A stretch of 60,591 nucleotides of DNA, the filler included, from Dugesia japonica (Eukaryota): assembly GCA_001938525.1 (NCBI GenBank). It is 5 parts of 5 records of this genome, joined end to end, with 100 filler letters (N's around TTAATTAATTAA, not from the genome) between each part and the next. Parts side by side here need not be neighbours in the genome. Positions count along the whole stretch, not along the records: positions 45,483 to 60,591 come from MQRL01559609.1; 4 more parts are not named here. One strand, written 5' to 3'. Each line of letters opens with the position of its first letter. The first letter of the stretch is position 1. The notes below the pieces were generated by a model. That model worked only from the letters and a program-made list of their open reading frames with translations. It had not been told where the DNA came from and did not search any database. This document shows positions 51,305 to 60,591 of the stretch, one piece after another. The translations under genes and the position numbers were made by a program.

Positions 51305-51580
51305 TCACTTCACATCCAGCAACAAATTCATTGCTTGGTTTTTGATTAAATCCTTAAATGACTGCCTTTTGCTTACAACATCATCAACAGTTTTTAGTGC
51401 TGCTCGCTCCACTGACTTCGCAATTGGAAGTCCAAATTTCTGCAAAATTGGAATTGCAAAACGTCCAATTCTATGCAGCCAATTTCCACCGCCTTGCTGT
51501 TGTTGACTACCGATAAAATAGAGTAAGTCTCCACCCATTTGTGGAAGACTATACATTGCGGTAATAGCTCGATCAACCAT
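51305..51580 (-). CDS. Polinton/adintovirus protein-X-like core protein (stop likely premature)
   Basis: QMGG...FIGSQQQQGGGNWLHRIGRFAIPILQKFG: Gly-rich adenain-site-like motifs followed by an amphipathic helix; lies directly after the penton. Confidence 0.7.
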   Translation of the reverse strand: MVDRAITAMYSLPQMGGDLLYFIGSQQQQGGGNWLHRIGRFAIPILQKFGLPIAKSVERAALKTVDDVVSKRQSFKDLIKNQAMNLLLDVK

Positions 51581-51612
51581 TTCAATAATGAATAAAATTG
51601 TATTTAAATTGT

Positions 51613-52943
51613 TTATACTTGTCGAAAATGTAGTGTTAAACTTGTTTTTGATCCATATGGGAAATCAATCAATCTTCCCGCATCATAACGTATGTTTACT
51701 TTAATTTTGTTGATTGAAGATGATGATACAGGTAAATACATCGGATTTTCAAGTCTTACGTGAACAACATCACCAAACGAATGCTTGTTACTGTCAACCC
51801 ATATACTCCTCAAAATGACACGCGTACATCACCAACCAGAATTGGATCGACTATTGATGAGTAAATAATATACAGTTGCCTTATACCACCATGTAATAAT
51901 AGTTTATGCAAACCCTTTACTTGTTACGTAGATTTGTAGAATTTTGCAGAAGGAAGACCGAATATTAGCGAAAGACTCTCGTCAAATGATACATATTCAA
52001 CATTATCAAGTAATTTAAACATGACCATTCCAAATGTTGAATTTATAACAAATTCTTTAAATATTTTGTGGCATAATTTTATAAATGATGTAACCAGATT
52101 ATCCAGATCGGTAACCATTATATCACTTTCAAATTCAAAATAATTTATTTCTGTTTTTATTTCAGTAAATATTAATTTAACATCAGTTTTAGTAATATTA
52201 TCCAACATTTTGGTATCTGATTCGATAAATGAGTCCATTGGTTTGTTCTTTGTATTTTGAGAAATAAACCCCAGTAACCGAGCATCAAACAATGAATTAA
52301 ACTCCAATTCCATATAGCAATCAGATTTGATAATTATTTTCTTTTGACTATTAATTCTGATTTTACAATTCTTTTTATTTTTCAATCCAGAAACAACAGG
52401 CTTTCTATTTTTAATCTCAACATTTAAATTTTCTTCAATTTCTTTTATTNNNNNNTTTCCTTCCTCGATAGCATTAAACTTTAATTTTAAAGATATTGAT
52501 GGAATATTTTCCAGAATCAACTACTCATCAGATTCAATAACTGAATCTGACGGCTTCTTATTTTTGGTATTGATTAAATTGAATCCGAAATTTTTTGCAT
52601 CTGATAACGATTTAAACTCCATTTTTACTTGGCAATCTGTTTTTAATATTAATTTCGTTTCATCGGAAAATATAAACCAGTTATATTTATTGGAAGGGAT
52701 GGTATTATTAAGTTTAAGACTACCATTTACAATACTTAATTGGAATTTATCTTCAATTTCCATCACTTCTCTTATTTTATATTCAATTTTTGAACCTTTC
52801 CGTATAGTCTGTGGACAATAATTAAAAACAAATTCTGTCATGGCAACTTCCCCATGGTCATCTTTTAAATTGATGGCATTCTCATAGTCGACCAAAAACT
52901 TGCTCGCATTATTATCAGGTCGAGTTCTTGGACTACTATTGCT
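51613..52943 (-). pseudogene. Polinton penton (minor capsid protein) with a large, internally duplicated insertion
   Basis: N-terminal SNSSPRTRPDNNASKFLVDYENAINL..EVAMTEF; C-terminal YSSIVDPILVGD..LRSIWV..NPMYLPV..IDFPYGSKTSLTLHFR; in-frame stop at 52521 and further disruption near 51880-51925. Confidence 0.88.
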
Positions 52944-52946
52944 TTA

Positions 52947-53322
52947 CAGGGGCGCGTGTATCACAGTTTGAGAACCACTTTATCATATTATAGAATTAAA
53001 AAGTCAAGAAAGATAATTGACATAATTACTTTGGACATTTCATTTTAATTTATGTTGTAAAATAAAAAACTAAATCCAAAAGAAATAATATAAAGGATCG
53101 AATTAGATTTTACATGTTTGTATTGAAGTTTAAAAGAAATAGCCTTTATAAGAAAATAAGTTTAAATAAATACTCTTCGTACGATTATTTACAACAGTTA
53201 TTATATTTTAAAATTGTGTAGTTTTGATATAAAAACGTTTTCTATTTAATTTTTTTTAAAATTTTCCAATAAGGTCCGTGGGCCACACAAAGAAGTTTTG
53301 CGGGTCGCGAATTTGACACCCT
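52947..53322. mobile_element. hAT/Charlie-type end remnants truncating the penton 5' end
   Basis: CAGGGG start at 52947, AGTTTGAGAACCACT at ~52965 and TTTGACACCC at ~53311 (reverse complements of typical Charlie TIRs). Confidence 0.45.
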
Positions 53323-53484
53323 TATTATATACTAATGATTTTAGAGTTTTAGGTTTGAGACCGCATGAAACGGGTAGACTTTATGTATAAATATAACTGG
53401 TAGACTTTATATGTAAGTTTGATAAATAGTGTAATGATACATAATCGAATAATAATATATTACATATTAAATTATGAATTAAAG

Positions 53485-53817
53485 CAATATTTCCCAAAGT
53501 GGGCAATACCGCATCCTGTGGGGGGGGCGATTGTAGCCTCGGGTGAATATAGGAAACTAAATGAAAATAAGGAATCGCTCAAAGTATAAAGAAAGATGGA
53601 AGATTTAAAACATATTCGCCCATATTATTTTTTTTATAAATAATATTGTAGATAAGGAGCATTTATAATGTAAGAATATAAAGAATAACCGCTAAAAACT
53701 AAATTTTAGAGCGTAGGTAGATATATAATGCATAAGTTTTTGTTCATTTTAAAACAGAAGCGAAGAGTATTTTTTCTAAAAAAGGGGCGGTAGGTCAAAT
53801 AAGTTTGGGAACCATTG
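53485..53817. mobile_element. hAT/Charlie MITE
   Basis: TIRs CAATATTTCCCAAAG / GTTTGGGAACCATTG; 8-bp TSD AATTAAAG / CATTAAAG (7 of 8 match). Confidence 0.8.
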
Positions 53818-54910
53818 CATTAAAGACATCATTTTTTTTAATAAAAATTACATTACACTTTTAATAATAAAAAAACAAATAAAAATATTAGTATTTAACT
53901 CTTTCGCTAGCATAAACGTGAATATATGTTAAATTTAAAAAATACAATATAATGAGGTACTTTTTAACAAAAGTACCACAAAAATTATATTTTTATTGAT
54001 ATAATTAGTTTATAACTTGATTTTTTACTTGAAAAATAATATCCAAATTATTATTGATTGAGATTAATTTTTTATCCTGTCTCAAAATTGTTAAATATTG
54101 ATTTACTGAAATTTGTATTTGTAATAAAATTCATCAATAATAATGATAAAAAAAACTCACTGAACAATTTGAATCTGGTTTCCAGAAAATGGACGACAAG
54201 AATAATAATAACTAATACAAATTTCATTATTTTAGTAAATATATAAATACTAACTGATCACTAGAAGAATAGCACAAGAATCGTCTAAAACATAATTAAA
54301 ATTAATTATGAAAATTGTAATTATTTATTTGTTTCAATTTAGTTAATCTTTGATCATATTGTTATTACCATTCTTCCTGTCAATTTACCTCTAAATATTT
54401 GGTTATTGTTATTACATTACAATGTAATGATTACATTAATTAAATTCATAAGTCTGATAATTAATTTTAAAATGTAATTCGTTATTTACTTATTTTAGCA
54501 CAAGTATTCTATTGGCATATAATAATACGATAAAGATATATCAGTACATCGAAAACCAGGATAGCACCTAATTTTCACATTTTTTCAATACCGAAATCGA
54601 TTATTTTAAATACAACTTTTCGATATTTAATCAAAAAAATAATTCTTTTTCTTACGAGTAATATCAAAAACAGAATTATTATTTGTTTCTAAAATTTTAT
54701 TCATGATATATACAAGGGATCTTCTCTTATTAAATATTTAGATTCTGAATAGTAAATTCCTGCAACAATTTCAAACTAATGTCTTATTTCAAAAAACTGC
54801 ACTATCAAAACTCTGCAATATTTAAACAACCACAATTTAAAAAGAAAATTATAAAAATTAAAAATATTCTTAAAAGTAAATCCTCGCATTCCCTTTTTCA
54901 AGAATTTTGA

Positions 54911-55324
54911 GAAGATTGATTGATTTTCCATGTGGATAAAAAACAAGTTTAACTCTACATTTTCGAAAAGTATAAAAGTTTTTATTTCAATTTGATTGAT
55001 TATTGAAATAGTTGATCGAGCTATTATTGCAATGTATGGTCGACCAAAAATGAGTTGAGACTTGAACGTTTTGCAATTCCAATTTTGCAGAAATTTAGAC
55101 TTTCAATTGCAAATTCAGTGGGGCGAGCAGCACTAAAAACTGTTGATGATGTCATAAGCAAGAAGCAGTCATTTAAACAATCAATCAAAAACCAAGCAAT
55201 GAATATGTTGCCGGAAGTGGAGAAAAATGCACTTAATACATTAAAGGAAGTTTTTGGTGGACAGCATGGTAGTGGAATACATGAGCGGAAAAAAAAAATA
55301 ACATCAACTATGAACAAAAGATGA
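54911..55324 (+). pseudogene. Second Polinton copy: penton C-terminal tip plus protein-X-like gene
   Basis: RLIDFPCG*KTSLTLHFRKV* followed by RFAIPILQKFRLSIANSVGRAALKTVDDV; inverted homolog of 51250-51677. Confidence 0.85.
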
Positions 55325-55339
55325 CGATTAGAAGAAACC

Positions 55340-56395
55340 ATCTTTCCAAAATAAGCATGTATGCCGGAAAACTGAATTATCGCTTTTTGACCACAATATA
55401 CCACATGTTGTTGTTGAAAGCTCAACATTTGAAGAAATCTATCCAAAGGATTCTATAAATGGGTATGCTGGACAACAAATTGAATTAAATATTATTCGTT
55501 CAGATAAGGATTCGTTGGTGATCATTAAAATGAAGAAAGTGAAACATGATGGAACGGATTTTCCATCAACTAATACTACGAACATAATTCCTTCCAATTA
55601 TTTGCTTCATACTCTATTCAAAGAAGCATCATTAACACTAAATAATGCAAAGGTTGAGGACACCAAAGATACTTATAAGCAAAAGGCAGTAATTGAAGCA
55701 CCATTGAATTGTGGATCAGATCTTGAAGTCATTGGTTATCATAAAGAAGAATATGACAATATAAAGTGTTGGTTTAAAATGTATGCTAATCTAACGCTCT
55801 GTGGTGTACTTAATTTGGATTTCTTTGTCCAACCAAAATATTTGTTGCCGGGAGTCAATGTGACAATCAAATTGAAGATAAATGTGGGTTCGGTAATTTA
55901 CAAATATACTAAAGACGCTAAAGAAACAGTTGAGATAAATCCACAACCATACATTATTGAAGCAAAATTAGTAGTGCGACTTGTTTGTGTTGATCAATAG
56001 ATTATGATTAGACGTCGTTAAAGATTGGAACATCAAAATACAATCTACCCTTTCCAGAAAACAAAAATCGTACATTTTACAATTACGAAAAACTCACATG
56101 GATAATATAAAGATAATCTCTTTTCCGATTTGTTTTGGTTGCTTTCCAATCATCATAAGAAGCAAGTGGTGATTATGACTCATTTTGTTCAAATTTTGGT
56201 TTAAAGTCAATATGCTTGGCATGAAACGTTGATTATCGAGAAACATATACTACTGACTTTGATACCGATTATACTGATGCATATATGCAATCAATAATTC
56301 GTAACACGAGTCTGTTAAATGTAGATCGAAACAATTGTATTACTATGAAGGAATTTAAAGACTCGCATAAGTTTTCCCCATATTATTGGTTCCAG
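55340..56395 (+). pseudogene. Polinton major capsid protein, copy 2
   Basis: ELSLFDHNIPHVVVESSTFEEIYP..IELNI..NYLLHTLFKEASLTLNN..LCGVLNLDFFVQPKYLLPGVNVTIKL..IYPFQKTKIVHFTI..NNCITMKEFK. Confidence 0.9.
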
Positions 56396-57289
56396 TCATT
56401 TTATTTGATATAATAAAAACATTGTTAATATGCGTGAAAATTCAGTCAATTGTTGAAAATGAATCCAATTATACAATACAATCTATTGCAAATGAAACTG
56501 CAAATATCAGATGAGTGTGAAAATGCATCGGAGAACACTTGGATACATCAATCGTTATGATGTTTGGATTTCTCATCAATTGAGAGAGAAAAATTTATGA
56601 CTCTTATTAGTAAGAAACTCAAACGAACCTTTTCTTAAAAGGACAATTACGGCAAATGAAAACATCCACAATGAAAAAGATCTTGGAAACAAAGAAATGA
56701 GTCTCGGTAAAACACTTAAAAAGGTGAAATCTATTAAATTGGATCGATTAAAAGTTTAAATTAATGAAACGTACACAAAATATTTTAAACAGGTTGCGGA
56801 ATTCAATCTGACTTGGGAAGAAAATGTAAATATTTGATAAATTATAATGTTGTATTTGTGATAAAAGGAAGTTGAAAGGTTCCTGCTATCCAATAGTTAT
56901 CTTTTGTTCATAAAATACAATTAGCTGCTACCAGCGTACTTTGTAAAGGAACAACAGTCGAAATTAAAAAAATATTTAACTATATCTAAATTCGGATTGT
57001 GAAAACATCACATATTGATGATGGTAGCGAGGTTGAGAAATTTCGAAATACTGATAGATTTTTCAATTGAATATGATGTACTGCCTTGATGAAACGATAT
57101 TGCTTATAGCAAGATGTGAAAACCTATGAAATTGATCAGAAAAAATTATTTTACAGAAATATTCTATTAGTGAATTTGACTTATAATCAACTTAATTGAA
57201 TCATTTTGCAATTTAATTTATTCCTTTTGAAATATATAAGTTAATATATGGTTAAAAATAATAAATAATAAAACAATTTAAAGCAATTA

Positions 57290-58500
57290 TAATACAAGAA
57301 AATTAAATTTTAAAAATATTTTATTAAAAATCTTCTTTTCTAGCACCTTTTACTGCAAAACTTCTAATAATTTATCCAATTCATTTCAGTAATATTCGAT
57401 ATTGTTGAGTTAATAGCAGCATATCATTCTTCTTTTGTATTTGAATTATTTGTATTAACCAAACCTTTCCATTTTGAAAAAAATCTCTTCTAAGGACTCA
57501 ATTGGGGGTTATATGCTTGCACAAATACTAGTTCATATCCTATGTTCTCAATAAAATTTTTAATTCCTTTCCTTAATGAATTGAATCGTTATCTAAAATT
57601 ATTTTTAAATTAGTTTTTCCTTACTCCTCAACATAATCCAATAAATGTACAATAAACATATAAAAAAATTATTGATTATATGCTCGCTCTAGCATAACAA
57701 AATTTATCAGTCTTCTCTTACACACAGCTGCCAGTACAAAAATATTTTTCCTTCTTATTGTCCTAATAACTTTCTTTGATATTGTATTGATTAAACTTTT
57801 TCATGTTTTTGTCTCTAAGAGCAACTTACTCCAAACTCATATAGAAATACAGTGCAGTCCCGTTAACCCTCGGTCACTGGAGTCCATGATCTGCCACCCT
57901 CGGGTTTAGTGAAGCGCGAGTTATATTTGTCATTTTATCGATGATAGATTGTTTATATATTGTTACTATGATGATTATTGGTATGTATGTGTCAATTAGG
58001 GAGCCAATGCAGAACCGCGGGTTAAGAAGAACAGTAGGTTAACGAGGCGCGGGTTAACGGAACTGCACTATATCGTCTTATCTTCAACATGACAATAATT
58101 TACGCAATAATCATACTTTTTTTCAATATTACTTTCTGAATTTCTTTGTTGAAGAATTAATTCTATTATTTTAAAAGAATAATTTAATGTTGTAATTGAA
58201 TTATTAATAGTACTTAAACTAGCTTCAACATTAAGTTCGGATTGTAATTTCTTTTCCAATGGATTAAGGGTAATTAAACATCTTCTTCCATTACTAATCG
58301 AATAAAATTTTTACCTTTTTCACTTAGAATGTTAGTTCTAGCTTGTCGATAACACTCAGCTGAAATTCTGCCAGAAGTTGAAAAAATTTTATAACCGAAT
58401 TTACAGTTTTTTAATTCAACTCAAGTTCCGAAGCTATTTAAAAGGAGTGTTATCGTCATCATATTTTTTTTGCAAATACGGGATCTGATGTTCTTTGTGA
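57290..58500 (-). mobile_element. IS630/Tc1-superfamily (DDE_3) transposase pseudogene interrupted by a MITE
   Basis: Winged HTH (EKKLQSELNVEASLSTINNSITTLNYSFK), DKTI|FLYEFG, KIILDNDSIH, VFVQAYNPQLSP*KRFFSKWK. Confidence 0.85.
57850..58070. mobile_element. Tigger/pogo-type MITE
   Basis: TIRs CAGTGCAGTCCCGTTAACCC / GGGTTAACGGAACTGCACTA, TA target duplication on both sides. Confidence 0.88.
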
Positions 58501-60059
58501 GCTGCTTTTTTCTCGAAATAATGATTTACATTTTAAATTATTTATATTTTTATTAAATTTTGAAAGTAATTAACAAAAGGATTAAATTAAGTTGAAAACT
58601 TTGAAAAAGATTTACGAAAATTGATGCAAAGAATCTTTGTAACCGTCCATAATTGATGCTTCTGATTGAATTGCAATTAAAGTTATATTTAAAAATTTTA
58701 TTTATTAACTAATATATCAAAATTCATGGAAAACTGACTAAAAATTAAACACAAAATAAAATATTAATTAATTAATCAAAAAATTTAATTAACTTGAAAA
58801 TTTATGAGGTGATTCTAAAATTAAAAATTAATAAAACTTTATCACAAATTATAAAATTAACCATTCGATTTATTTGTCATTGATTTCTGAGTTGAACTGA
58901 ATTTTTCTAGAAATAAAAATAATAAAAATATCAAATAGAATAATTACAAACCGAATTTATTGGGAATCGTTTTATCGATAATCTGTTGAATTAAATTTGA
59001 GTGGTCTAACAATATTTACTCAGATCAATAACAATGATAATTACTTATCGATTTTATTTAATTTGATTTATATTAAGTTTTTTTATTTAGTGATTGAAGA
59101 AATCTGATGCAATTATTTTCTTGATTACTGCAGTGAATAGATTAAATTTATTAATAACTTTCAGAATTTTTAACTTTTTTATTTATTGTATTGTTTTTTA
59201 AAATAAAATTAAAAATAAGGTTTAATCATTTGCTAAATATATAATGAAAATGCATTTTAAAATGCTCAATATTTAAATTGGTTGGTAGATAATGCCGCAC
59301 ATGAGCACTGGGGTAAAATAAAGTTGATTATTAAGTAGGTAGACAGTCGCGCATTTGGTCACCCTACACCGTGGTAGAGAATTATTCCGTGGTTCAATAA
59401 AGTAATCGATGTGTACCAATTATGTAAATGATATAATATTACGATATGAAGCATTAATTGTTACACAATCCATCGGAAATACAGCTTTGTTTAGATTAAA
59501 TTAAAATAATGGGTTATTGTGAATTTCTTCATGGAAACTCGATGGAAAAGCTTATTTTTGTTTAAATTAACAATAATTTTTAAAAGTGAAGTAAGTGAAT
59601 TTCTCAGACAAATATTAATATTAAATCTAGTTGCTCCCCAAATTATGATAAGACTAGAATTAAGCTATTCACTCGGAAATACATACTAACATACAGTTCA
59701 TGTATAAGGAAGAAGTATTAATAAAGGTTGAGATAAACTAAATGACTGAGATTGATTAGAAATATCTTAAATGATGAAAAGGAAACGTAGTAGATTAAAC
59801 ATTTTCAAAAAAATAAACACGACGTGTTGCACTGATAATGCTAATTTTTCACTATAAACTAATGTTACCAAATATTTGGGAGATAAAATTGAGAAAGTAA
59901 TAGCATTAGTATTTCAAGTAATAATGTAGACTACATAATTAGAAGCTATAATTAGAAATTAGGATTCACTGAAATAATCAACAAGAATTATGAATAATTC
60001 AAAGAAATAAAGTTGTATAGACAGCCTTGTACACATTTGGATCAACAACATCATTATTG

Positions 60060-60591
60060 GGAGTTATATTATTTTGGTAATGTAGGAATGGTAAAAGTTA
60101 ACCATACCCAAAAATCTTCTGAGCTCTTTTGTTGTTTTTGGTAGCTCATATTTNNNNNNNNNNNNNNNNNNNNNNNNNNNNNNNNNNNTTCCTGAGTGAT
60201 TTAATGTATGTCCCAGGAAATCTATTTCCTCCTTAATGAATTCACATTTCTTTACGTTTAATTTTTAATTGTTGTCGTCCAATGTTTTAAAAATTCTTTC
60301 TATATCTGTTAGATGCTTTGATTTTGTCGGGCTCGCAATTAAGATATCATCTAAATATGATATTGCATTATTATTTTCTTTTAGTATCTGATCCATAAAT
60401 CTTTGAAATGTGGACGCTGCATTTCTAAGTCCGAAAGGCATCATATTGTATTCGAACATCCATATTGGTGTAACGATAGCTGTTTTTGCTACGTCTTCTT
60501 TTCTGATTGGAATGTGATGATATGCGTTTTGCAAATCAATTTTTGAGAAAAACTTAGCTCCGTTTACCCTGTTTATAATGTCTTTTATTAT
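60060..60591 (-). mobile_element. Ty3/gypsy reverse transcriptase fragment (runs off the window)
   Basis: FSKIDLQNAYHHIP..KTAIVTP..MPFGLRNAASTFQRFMD..YLDDILI..KKCEF..FLGH..LRRFLGMVNFY; one in-frame stop at 60265. Confidence 0.95.

Noticed and set aside
55024-55446. Antisense ORFs (also 51222-51506, 52564-52821, 31164-31355)
   Set aside because: Shadow frames of the Polinton genes on the opposite strand

Overview
Very AT-rich eukaryotic (probably animal) draft-genome window with very short GT-AG introns (31-55 nt). It consists of five segments joined by artificial 100-bp linkers (N44-TTAATTAATTAA-N44). Host genes: four exons of a copper-transporting P1B ATPase (ATP7A/B-like; CPC, DKTGT and SEHPL motifs, minus strand), an unidentified 7-exon gene (36807 to ~28276, minus) and a signal-peptide gene start (47623-47332, minus). 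Most of the rest is decayed mobile DNA: Helitron, mariner, IS630/Tc1, several hAT, Ty3/gypsy, Penelope (GIY-YIG plus hammerhead-like motifs) and MITEs. The standout is a set of Polinton/Maverick (adintovirus-like) endogenous virus relics: penton, protein-X-like core protein, two major capsid protein copies, an adenain protease and a probable pPolB fragment. One relic lies inside a host intron, is bracketed by ~300-bp inverted repeats, and carries two degenerate genes for a TATA-binding-protein (TBP)-fold protein that the ORF track misses. All calls come from manual translation and motif recognition. No searches were run, and boundaries of decayed elements are approximate.
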